A stretch of 64,000 bases of DNA from a virus. Lineage: Duplodnaviria; Caudoviricetes. This document shows, one piece after another, positions 1 to 11,708 of this stretch. Below the pieces are notes generated by a model. It saw only the letters and a list, made by a program, of their open reading frames with translations. It made no database searches and was not told the origin of the DNA. The position numbers and the translations under genes were made by a program. Numbering within the stretch: the first letter of the stretch is position 1; each line of letters begins with the position of its first letter. The stretch lies in IMG/VR virus record IMGVR_UViG_3300011577_000001; one strand, written 5' to 3'.

Positions 1-364
1 CGCTCGCTTCACGGACTACGGTAGGACGCATTACAATGTCCTCGAGGTAGTCGTTGGTTTCTTCGAAGTCAAACAGCGTGGCAGAACGAGTGAGGTACTC
101 GAGCACACGGAAGGTGACTTGGAAGACTTCGCCGGTGTCTTCGCCGCGGACGTGATAGCCCATGTGACGAAGCTTCTTAAGCATCGCCGCGATGCTGACG
201 TCTTTGATGCGATCGGTCTTGGTGACGAACTTACGCATCTCGGTACGAGTGAACTCGATGGTGATGTCGCTGGTGACGCCCAGCTTGATCAGGAGTTCGA
301 AACGATCGCAGATCAGTTTGTTGATGTGGTCGGCCAGGTCTTTGGTTTTAACAGCTACAGTCAT
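1..364 (-). CDS. hypothetical protein, 3' end runs off the window (MTVAVKTKDLADHINKLICDRF...)
   Basis: Read manually: ATG at 364 after AAGGAAA SD, frame open to base 1, phage-typical codon usage; absent from the ORF track because it is truncated. Confidence 0.7.
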   Translation of the reverse strand, partial: MTVAVKTKDLADHINKLICDRFELLIKLGVTSDITIEFTRTEMRKFVTKTDRIKDVSIAAMLKKLRHMGYHVRGEDTGEVFQVTFRVLEYLTRSATLFDFEETNDYLEDIVMRPTVVREAS

Positions 365-428
365 TCTTACATTTCCTTCTAAGGATTATTCAATTTGGTC
401 CAAGGGTTACTTTCGTAACCCAAGGTTA

Positions 429-701
429 TTACTGCTTGCCTGGGAAGTAGGGATCGAGAATCCAGATTTCTTTCTCGTGCTCGGTACCGATCTGACCGTC
501 TTTCACTTGACGGATTTTGACGTTCGGAACGTAGACCATGCTTTCGCTGACAGTCGGCATATTCCCCTCGACGCCGTAGATAGCGTAAGTGGTGTTCTTG
601 ACGATGGCACCGTAGCCTGCCTCGATCGCTTCGACTTTACTTTGTCCGTTGTTGGAAAGGACTTTCCAGTGATGATCTGGGTTTCTATTTGTATTGCTCA
701 T
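429..701 (-). CDS. hypothetical early protein (90 aa)
   Basis: ORF with AGGAGG SD, directly downstream of the TATATTAC promoter at 768-793. Confidence 0.8.
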   Translation of the reverse strand: MSNTNRNPDHHWKVLSNNGQSKVEAIEAGYGAIVKNTTYAIYGVEGNMPTVSESMVYVPNVKIRQVKDGQIGTEHEKEIWILDPYFPGKQ

Positions 702-767
702 TATTACCTCCTAAGGTACTTAAGTTATCAAAGGAACAATTTAGATTAGTCTAATCTGTTCACCTAG

Positions 768-793
768 GTAATATACACTTGAGATTTCTTTGG
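768..793 (-). promoter_or_regulatory. phiKZ-type early (virion RNAP) promoter
   Basis: Minus strand AAAGAAATCTCAAGTGTATATTAC; TATATTAC is the published phiKZ early promoter core; one of 7 aligned copies. Confidence 0.75.
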
Positions 794-990
794 ATCAGTA
801 TGTTTCTACTTTTCCCCTGTATGTCTCGAGTTTTGTAAATTCGTACATACCTGACCTAGTTAATGAGAGCGATATGATATCGCCTCATGGGGAAATTAAT
901 AACAACACGCAACTAGGATAACGTACCAATGGAAGCGCTAATACGCGATTGCCAAGGAGCACGTCACCAGGGAGCTAAAGGGTGGCGTAA

Positions 991-1359
991 ATGGGCAATC
1001 GCATCGGTACAGTAGCTGTAGATACACCTGCAACAAAATCTCTCTTTGCTGTAAAACCCCTAACGGGATGGCAAACTGATAGTTTGGCTTTGGCGGTTGC
1101 AAGCTCTCTAATGCTTCGACACCCCCTTCGCTACGTGGATTTGAAACACCGCGTCTGTGAACCAGCAACAGAAGCTTTTCGCTTTGTCGAGTCGCCCCTT
1201 GGGCACCACGAAGGAATCGTTCTGTCTATCTTGTCGGGTCCGCATCATCCGTTGCTAAGGCAAGTTTATGCACACACCCGTAATTATGTGAGAGAGTTCC
1301 TCGAACTTTCACAACCGGTGTTCCCGTGGCCAATGGGCATAAAAGCCCAAATGTCCTAG
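991..1359 (+). CDS. hypothetical protein
   Basis: 122-aa ORF ending in a bidirectional hairpin terminator. Confidence 0.55.
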   Translation: MGNRIGTVAVDTPATKSLFAVKPLTGWQTDSLALAVASSLMLRHPLRYVDLKHRVCEPATEAFRFVESPLGHHEGIVLSILSGPHHPLLRQVYAHTRNYVREFLELSQPVFPWPMGIKAQMS

Positions 1360-1410
1360 CAACCTTCTTCGGAGGGTTGCTAGGACAGTCACGGTTCTTT
1401 ATGCCGTCAG
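1336..1410. terminator. bidirectional terminator (16-bp stem, cUUCGg loop) flanked by TATGCC on both strands
   Basis: TGTCCTAGCAACCTTC-TTCG-GAGGGTTGCTAGGACA between convergent genes; GGCATAAAA on the left, TTTATGCCGTC on the right. Confidence 0.8.
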
Positions 1411-1824
1411 CTTCTTTTTAGGGATGCCCGCATGTGGGAACAGTCGCAGGGTAGTTGCGTACCCATAGGTGTTTCCACTGTAACCGTGAGTTTTTGGTAG
1501 ATGTACTTCAAACACAGTAACACCGCATTCCTTGAACTTACGCTCCAGATAGGAGCCCAAGGAGACGATGAGGTCAATCTCTTTGTGTTCTGCGACCGAG
1601 TGTAGGGCGCCGTTCACCTCCATTTGAAAGTATTGCTTCCTGGTTGCAAAACCATCGGCCTTCTTGTTGTAGGAGAAGAATCCTACTGCATCCATTCCCT
1701 GGTGATTGGGAGCTTCGGCTAACAAGATGATTTTGGTATTGTCGGTTAAAGCTAGGCCATCTCTACGCTCCACCGCTGCTTCAATGGTTGCCATCTCTCG
1801 TACTCCATATCCCATTGATGACAA
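1399..1824 (-). CDS. hypothetical protein (true start possibly CTG at 1866)
   Basis: 141-aa ORF; frame stays open to an in-frame CTG at 1866 preceded by GAGGT. Confidence 0.7.
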   Translation of the reverse strand: MSSMGYGVREMATIEAAVERRDGLALTDNTKIILLAEAPNHQGMDAVGFFSYNKKADGFATRKQYFQMEVNGALHSVAEHKEIDLIVSLGSYLERKFKECGVTVFEVHLPKTHGYSGNTYGYATTLRLFPHAGIPKKKLTA

Positions 1825-1935
1825 GAGAAACTCGGGGAGTTTATCTGTTGTGTTAAGTGTTGGCAGTTACACCTCGGTTTTGTTATTGGATGCTTCCTGC
1901 CTAGCGACGCTGAGCACGTCACATGATACGGGGCT

Positions 1936-2442
1936 TTATGCCGTCAGTTGACGTTGAGCCCACAGCGCTTCCTGTTCGCGCTTTGCCGGATCATTGCTAG
2001 GTTCAGTCACATTGAAGGTGATCTGATACAACTTAACAGCGTTGTAGATGGTCGCAGCGGTGACTTCTGGAACTTCGAGTACCTTCATAGCCTCCAACAG
2101 AACCAGATCGGCCTGTGGCCTTGTGATGCGTTTTGGAACGCCGTCTACGGTGATGGACAGGTATTCACAGAGGATGTCGTGAACCACTGCTGCCTGACCG
2201 TAAGCGCCCCATGGTGGAATGATCGACCAGAACGCTCGAGGTACCGAAGCACCATCCGTCAGATAGCCCGCAGGAACGTCGACCCACTGATTGCTACCCT
2301 TAGCCCCAAGGTAGTAGCGAAACCCTTTCATAACGCGCCAGTAGTCCTTACCGAGGCGTTTACTGGCTTCATGGTCGTAGGTAACCATCAGCTCAGCATC
2401 GAACTTTGTAAACCCTAGCAGTTGTGTCATGTTTAGCCCCAT
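1936..2442 (-). CDS. DUF1353-family protein
   Basis: Motifs VPAGYLTDGASVPR...W..IPPWG.Y..AAVVHD typical of DUF1353. Confidence 0.8.
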   Translation of the reverse strand: MGLNMTQLLGFTKFDAELMVTYDHEASKRLGKDYWRVMKGFRYYLGAKGSNQWVDVPAGYLTDGASVPRAFWSIIPPWGAYGQAAVVHDILCEYLSITVDGVPKRITRPQADLVLLEAMKVLEVPEVTAATIYNAVKLYQITFNVTEPSNDPAKREQEALWAQRQLTA

Positions 2443-2570
2443 GCTTTATATAGCTCGTAGCAGCTCCAGCTTACTACGGCCGTGATAAACAAACCATGTC
2501 CCCAATAGAAGCACAAGTCCCGCTTTGTCATTGGAACTTACCTCAGTAAATAAAGACATAAGAATGGGGC

Positions 2571-2597
2571 AAAAAAAAGAGGGCCCGAAGGCCCCCT
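2571..2597 (-). terminator. intrinsic terminator
   Basis: GGGCC-TTCG-GGCCC hairpin plus T8 on minus strand after the 2601-2990 gene. Confidence 0.8.
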
Positions 2598-2600
2598 TGA

Positions 2601-2990
2601 TTAATGAACAGTAGTCGGCGCGTAGAATACACGCTCACCCTGGCGATATTCCTGCAAATGCAGGCGCTTCCAAGGAATCACATTGCCCGCTTCCATTCGC
2701 TCGAGCAGGTCAGGGTTGGTGTTGTGCAGCGAGATCGGATTGCCGTAAGGCTTCAGTGCCTCTACGAGTGCAGGGTCGGTCATGACTTCCAACGACACCT
2801 TACGGCGGTTCTTGACTTCACGGGAAGTCGTGATGCGGTCGATGAGTCCGAGCTGTTGGAACTTGATGTTGAAATACACGTATCCGCCGGACGCCTTCTT
2901 GACAGCCACGTATGGCTGGTTCGGATCGAATGTACCGGTTTCAATACCCACGGGAACTGCCACTTCACGGCGCAGACTAAGCAGGCTCAT
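2601..2990 (-). CDS. hypothetical protein
   Basis: 129-aa ORF overlapping the DHFR stop, followed by a terminator. Confidence 0.75.
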   Translation of the reverse strand: MSLLSLRREVAVPVGIETGTFDPNQPYVAVKKASGGYVYFNIKFQQLGLIDRITTSREVKNRRKVSLEVMTDPALVEALKPYGNPISLHNTNPDLLERMEAGNVIPWKRLHLQEYRQGERVFYAPTTVH

Positions 2991-3561
2991 CTTTTATCAC
3001 CTTTCGTTTCAATACGTTAATGTCGAATTTAGATTCCTGGGCGTGGAAGATACTCTGCCAGTCCAGGGGATTCCATTCGGGAAAATACGTATCGCACTGG
3101 TAAGTCTCAGGGAACTGGGTGATCACCATCTCATCAACCAGATCCTTCTCCAAGACCTCAGCGTAAAGCTGTGCCCCTCCAATGACCACAGGGTTCAGTA
3201 AAGCAACCCCTTGTGCGCGACTCCAATTTTCCCTTACGGCATCGCAAAGCTGGAACGCATGTTCCAGATCACGAGCCACATACAGCCCGAAGCGCAGGTA
3301 GTCCCTGACGTAGTCTTTCCTCGACAGTACGATCAGGGCGCGACCTGGTAGCAACGGTTGTTCTTCACTACTCCACGATTGATCTGTGGGCAGCTTCTTA
3401 CGCTCGATCAGGGAGTCGACGGTTTTACTCCCAGCGATCAAGATCCGACCGTTGGTATACGCAAAGAACCGTTGCAGGTCCTCTGGGCAATGCCACGGTA
3501 ATTCATTGTTGAGTCCGATGCCCCGTTCAGCATCCATCGCCGCAATCAGATTCACTCGCAT
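2977..3561 (-). CDS. folA: dihydrofolate reductase
   Basis: LIAAMD..RGIG..NELPWHCPEDL..F, LPGR, VIGGAQLY, CDTYFP motifs. Confidence 0.93.
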   Translation of the reverse strand: MRVNLIAAMDAERGIGLNNELPWHCPEDLQRFFAYTNGRILIAGSKTVDSLIERKKLPTDQSWSSEEQPLLPGRALIVLSRKDYVRDYLRFGLYVARDLEHAFQLCDAVRENWSRAQGVALLNPVVIGGAQLYAEVLEKDLVDEMVITQFPETYQCDTYFPEWNPLDWQSIFHAQESKFDINVLKRKVIKDEPA

Positions 3562-4219
3562 TCTTCAAAGCCTCGACCTGTTTCTCAGGCGCGTAATAGA
3601 ACGTCGGAGTCTCTTGGTCTTCGGAGACCAGCTCAGTCAGGTACAGTGGTTCGTCCTTCTTGAGTTCAAGACCCCAGTGTTTAGGGCTGCCGCTGTAACC
3701 GTACTTGGCGAACATCAGAATGTCGGCAGTCAGGACTACAGGTTCATGGCGCACCTTGATGTAGTGCTTGCTAGGATCTTCAGCACAGACCTCTATTTCA
3801 TACGGCGTACGAATTTCTTTATACGCATCCCACAGCAGATCCTTACAAATAGCAGTCCAGATTTCCTCTTCATTCTCACGAGCCCAGTGGAAATCTTCGT
3901 GAGTTTCGTAGCGAACGACAACCGGGATTGCTTCTTCTTCATTAATGACAGCCATCCCGCAGAACGCATCACGTTTACCAATCTCGGCAGCAGGCAACGC
4001 GTAGTACAGGTACTCATCAATGAAGAGCATCAGTTCTTTCACGGAATCGGCATGGGTTTTCCGGTCCATGATGGGTTTGAGGATGGCTCGAGCAACGATG
4101 CCCTGAGTTTGTTTACGCTTGGTCATCTTCAAGGCTTTCTTTTGAACTTCCTTGAAACCGTGAAACTTGTTGGTCAGGGCCAGTACCAGCAGGGAATACA
4201 GATCGTCGAACTTTTCCAC
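3527..4219 (-). CDS. hypothetical protein
   Basis: 230-aa ORF, AAGGTAG SD, overlaps DHFR start. Confidence 0.75.
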   Translation of the reverse strand: MEKFDDLYSLLVLALTNKFHGFKEVQKKALKMTKRKQTQGIVARAILKPIMDRKTHADSVKELMLFIDEYLYYALPAAEIGKRDAFCGMAVINEEEAIPVVVRYETHEDFHWARENEEEIWTAICKDLLWDAYKEIRTPYEIEVCAEDPSKHYIKVRHEPVVLTADILMFAKYGYSGSPKHWGLELKKDEPLYLTELVSEDQETPTFYYAPEKQVEALKNASESDCGDGC

Positions 4220-4289
4220 GTTTACTACCTTAATGTCTTAGCTCTTCTTAGAGCAGGGATTAGAAGGGGTTCCGAAGAACCCCGAGGAT

Positions 4290-5273
4290 TTAGATCTTTG
4301 CCAACCAGTGATCACGAGGAACACGAACCGAAGCCGAGTGTTGGTGTCCACCACCACCCAGGCGTTCAGCCAGAATTGCACAATCTACTGCATCCGGGTT
4401 GTCCCGACTAGAATTGAAACGGAACACCCGCGAATCGACCGTGTCAAAGTAGCTGACCACCAAAGGATGATCTTTGGTGTAGCGATCGTTGAGGGCCGAG
4501 TACAACGGCTTTGGAGCGTTGAACATTGGAGCACGGTTGATGTTGATCGCCCGTACGCCTTGTTCCTCATCCCCATCCAGGCAGATGCTGAACTCACGTT
4601 GGGTTTCGCGAGCATACCAATCCAGCAGGTTGTTGTCGCTACGTTCCAACACTTCGCCTGCATCGATCAGGTTCTGTGGAGGTAGCAGCGCCAAAGCTTC
4701 CCACTGGACCAGGTCAGCCTCGGTGTTACCGGTCAGGAACGCCCCACAGGCACGACTGTACTGACGACTACCCGGCACCTTGAAACGCCACAGATCAGCA
4801 TCAGCCGACATCGTGACGATGGTGGGTTCAGGTGCTTCCATACCGTTGAAGAACTTCCAGGCCAGTTGTGCACCCGATTCGTAGATGTCTACGTACAGCT
4901 TGAGGTTTGGCGGACACACCTCGTAAGGCATAGGACCTTCGTACGGTTTGCCCATGTCCTCGGCGATATTGAACGCTTGCTGGGCTGAGCTGGTTTCGCT
5001 GCGCAGATCCGTGTACATCTTCTCGGTGGTCTTGTGGTGGTCGATGACGATCACCAGTTCAGCTACTTTACACAGATCCCTCAACACCGAGATCGGGTAG
5101 GAGAAGTCCAGGATGTACAGGATTTCGCCAGCTTCGATCTTCGGTGGCGCTTCCCCGTACTCTGCCGATACGAAGGTCGCATGAGGGAGGCGTTGACGCG
5201 CTACAAAGGCAGCCGTGATACCATCGACACAATTCCTGTGATAGACGACTGTGGTCTTTTTCGGTTCAGTCAT
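4290..5273 (-). CDS. DHH/DHHA1-family phosphoesterase (NrnB-like)
   Basis: YH..C.DG, ILDFS, IDHHKT, DADLW and GGGGH motifs; start placed at MTEPKK (GGAGGGG SD). Confidence 0.88.
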   Translation of the reverse strand: MTEPKKTTVVYHRNCVDGITAAFVARQRLPHATFVSAEYGEAPPKIEAGEILYILDFSYPISVLRDLCKVAELVIVIDHHKTTEKMYTDLRSETSSAQQAFNIAEDMGKPYEGPMPYEVCPPNLKLYVDIYESGAQLAWKFFNGMEAPEPTIVTMSADADLWRFKVPGSRQYSRACGAFLTGNTEADLVQWEALALLPPQNLIDAGEVLERSDNNLLDWYARETQREFSICLDGDEEQGVRAININRAPMFNAPKPLYSALNDRYTKDHPLVVSYFDTVDSRVFRFNSSRDNPDAVDCAILAERLGGGGHQHSASVRVPRDHWLAKI

Positions 5274-5302
5274 ATCCCCTCCTAGGGATTTAAAGATTGA
5301 TG

Positions 5303-9052
<3,750 letters not shown>

Positions 9053-9064
9053 CTTAGGCATTCC

Positions 9065-9316
9065 TTACTGGTGTGGGTAGTTGTACATGTTGCGGACAGT
9101 GGAGACCTGATGATTCAGTTCCATGCCCAGGTATTGTTGGTGAATCGTTTGGTCAGCTTGGGAAAGCAGACTCAGAGCTTGACAGGCTTCTGTTGCGGTG
9201 TTCGGTGGGAAGAGCATGATAGCTTTCCCAGCTTTGGTGGTGAAACGGGTTTGCGGATAGAGCCTTACCAACAAGTCTACCGCATCTCGTACTTGGTTGG
9301 CGTCAAGCATTGGCAT
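9065..9316 (-). CDS. hypothetical protein
   Basis: 83-aa ORF with AAGGAG SD. Confidence 0.7.
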   Translation of the reverse strand: MPMLDANQVRDAVDLLVRLYPQTRFTTKAGKAIMLFPPNTATEACQALSLLSQADQTIHQQYLGMELNHQVSTVRNMYNYPHQ

Positions 9317-9428
9317 GGATTACTCTCCTTAGAGCAGATGCCATAAGGATGGGAATAAAAGCCCCCATCCTTATTCTTTTTATAGAACAGGTTTATTTAG
9401 GCAATTGATAGCCCAAGGATGTTAGGTT

Positions 9429-10646
9429 TTACTTGCGCAGCTTGGGGTCCCACTGAGTACCCTCGAGAAGGTAGTCCAGTTTCCCTTCGGCTGCTTCTTG
9501 TATTGCTTGTTCTCGATCAGCGACCTCTTCGGGGGTTAGCTCTTCTTCCTGTGCTTTAAGGACAGATTGCTCGTACTCAAGCTGTTCTTCCTTAGAGACT
9601 GGGAGTCCGCGGTCATCCAACAATGTTAGAAAGCCTGGAGAAGAGTGGTCGATTGGTTTGGGTCCAGGTCTCATGCGTTGTTTGATTCTTGCCATCAGTG
9701 CAGAGTCAGAACCCGCTTCAAGGATTTCCTTGATAACCTCAGGGTCTACCGACTCTCCGTTTTCGATTGCTTGGGACAGCTCTTCTTTACCAGCTTGCCA
9801 AGCACCGTCTTCTGGACCCAGCACAGTGATGAGAACGCCTTTATCCACGATCTGACCCTCCAACGGTTTCTCTTTGGGTTCACCCAGATGGTACTCGACA
9901 TTACCCTCACTATCCAGAGACTCACGGATCAGAATCCCGTAGTTCCGACGGTTTAGGTTCTCGTCCAGATCCATGACAGGCGAAACGACTTCACCCTCGA
10001 TTGGAACGTTGCGCTTGGAAAGAGCAGCGACCTTGAAAAGATCGAGCATTCCGTTATCACCCAGCAACCCGGACTTCTGCATGATACGATCTACTTCGCC
10101 GTCAAGGTGCTCGCCTTCAATCGGAGCTGGTTCAGAAGTACCCAGCGCAATACCAAGGAAGTCGATGTCCCGCAGATCGCGCTTAACGCCGTCTGTACCC
10201 ACAGCAAAAGCTGTGACCTTGGGGAGGAACTCGCCACCCTTGATGGTGTGATCGAGAGCGCCTTCTTCGTAATGTCGCAGGCGGTTCAGGGAACCAGGAG
10301 CTGTCATCGGCACCATGCGATCAGGCGGAACCACAGGGATATTCCCGATTGGCTTCGCGAAGATGTCGCTATCGATGTCCACAAAGCGACCGCGCAGCAA
10401 CGCCACTTGGTCGTATTGGCTTTCGCTGATGAGTCCTTGATCCAACCAACCTTTCAGCAGAGGGTCGGGGGTATGGGCTGCACGCTGTTTCTTGATGTAG
10501 GCATCCAGCATCTGGAACTCGCAACGCATGGCGTAGTCGTTGTACCAGAAGTAGAAGTCGTCGATGATCTGCGGAAGGATGTGATCCGGCAGACCAGTCA
10601 TGTTGAAAGGATCGAACTTTGGAATTGCTTGAGCACCGCTTTTCAT
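9429..10646 (-). CDS. hypothetical acidic protein; N-terminal FDPFN motif shared with the upstream gene
   Basis: 405-aa ORF, AAGGAG SD. Confidence 0.8.
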   Translation of the reverse strand: MKSGAQAIPKFDPFNMTGLPDHILPQIIDDFYFWYNDYAMRCEFQMLDAYIKKQRAAHTPDPLLKGWLDQGLISESQYDQVALLRGRFVDIDSDIFAKPIGNIPVVPPDRMVPMTAPGSLNRLRHYEEGALDHTIKGGEFLPKVTAFAVGTDGVKRDLRDIDFLGIALGTSEPAPIEGEHLDGEVDRIMQKSGLLGDNGMLDLFKVAALSKRNVPIEGEVVSPVMDLDENLNRRNYGILIRESLDSEGNVEYHLGEPKEKPLEGQIVDKGVLITVLGPEDGAWQAGKEELSQAIENGESVDPEVIKEILEAGSDSALMARIKQRMRPGPKPIDHSSPGFLTLLDDRGLPVSKEEQLEYEQSVLKAQEEELTPEEVADREQAIQEAAEGKLDYLLEGTQWDPKLRK

Positions 10647-10674
10647 TTTGAGTCTCCTTAGACTTTTAGTTTAG

Positions 10675-11010
10675 TTAGCCGATGATAGCGCCGAAGCGAA
10701 TCTCACCGTCAGTTGCTTGGTTGACCCACGCCTGAACGAACGCTCGCTCTTCAGCCATGAGGTAGTCGTGTACTACTTGTTTCTCGATGTGTTCAGGCAA
10801 ACCCGATTGGTTGAACGGGTCAAAGCCAACCATCACCACACGAGACACAGTGTTGCGCAGAACCTTAGGTTTCTGACGTTTGAAGCGAACACCCTTGATT
10901 TGTGGGAATTCGACACCCTTAGCTTTCAAGGCATCCAACTGTGCCTTGACTACCTTACGGCAAAAGATGGTGGCCTTGTGGTTGAATTCGTCAATGGAAC
11001 GCTGAGACAT
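10675..11010 (-). CDS. hypothetical protein (FDPFN..GLP.HI motif)
   Basis: 111-aa ORF, AGGAG SD. Confidence 0.75.
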   Translation of the reverse strand: MSQRSIDEFNHKATIFCRKVVKAQLDALKAKGVEFPQIKGVRFKRQKPKVLRNTVSRVVMVGFDPFNQSGLPEHIEKQVVHDYLMAEERAFVQAWVNQATDGEIRFGAIIG

Positions 11011-11052
11011 GATGTTCTCCTGGAGTGGGAGGGTTTCCCCTCCCTTAGCGGG

Positions 11053-11499
11053 TTAAAGGTAACGTGGATAAGTTTTACCGATGAACTGATCCAGGAGCAA
11101 GATATCCTTTTGATCTTTCTCGCGATTCAAGGCCATCTTCTGGAACAGCACGCAATCCGGCATGTAAGTACCCACACCATCCCAGTGCCAGCTACGAACA
11201 CCGATAGGCATTGGGTGAACATCCACAAACTCGTTCAACACCACCAGTTCACTACAAGGTTCCCACGGCAACACGTCACGCATACGCTGCGTAACAGTCA
11301 ACTGCTTGACTTCATACTTCCCCGAATGTTTCAGGTGATGATACAGTGCTGGAGGAATATCCAGATCAATATCACCTGTCTCCTCACGAAGACCAAACAA
11401 CAACAGAGAACCACCAGCACTTACCAATGCTTGATCGGCTTTCAGATTGAATTGTTCGAGTACATTGAAATACTCTTCACGGAATTTAGCAAGGTTCAT
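11053..11499 (-). CDS. nucleotidyltransferase, AbiEii/MenT-like (DNA pol beta superfamily)
   Basis: GGSLLLFGLREETGDIDL and K...NREKDQKD motifs. Confidence 0.7.
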   Translation of the reverse strand: MNLAKFREEYFNVLEQFNLKADQALVSAGGSLLLFGLREETGDIDLDIPPALYHHLKHSGKYEVKQLTVTQRMRDVLPWEPCSELVVLNEFVDVHPMPIGVRSWHWDGVGTYMPDCVLFQKMALNREKDQKDILLLDQFIGKTYPRYL

Positions 11500-11540
11500 T
11501 ATTGATCTCCTTAGATCGAAAGGTTAGGTAGCTCACTGGG

Positions 11541-11566
11541 GTAATATATACTTGAAATTCAGTTAA
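11541..11566 (-). promoter_or_regulatory. phiKZ-type early promoter
   Basis: Minus strand AACTGAATTTCAAGTATATATTAC. Confidence 0.75.
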
Positions 11567-11708
11567 TTGCGGTCAGTCTAAAACTACATAACCCCTACCT
11601 CCTATGTCAGTTCCGCGTAGTGTTTTCAAACGTCGTTTTGAGAACCTAATGTTATAGTCACGGACAACTTTAAGTCCTTCGTACAGCCCAAAGTTCAAGG
11701 TTAGAACC

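Noticed and set aside
192-749. Plus-strand ORFs 119-382 and 192-749
   Set aside because: Antisense to better-supported minus-strand genes that have SDs and an upstream early promoter
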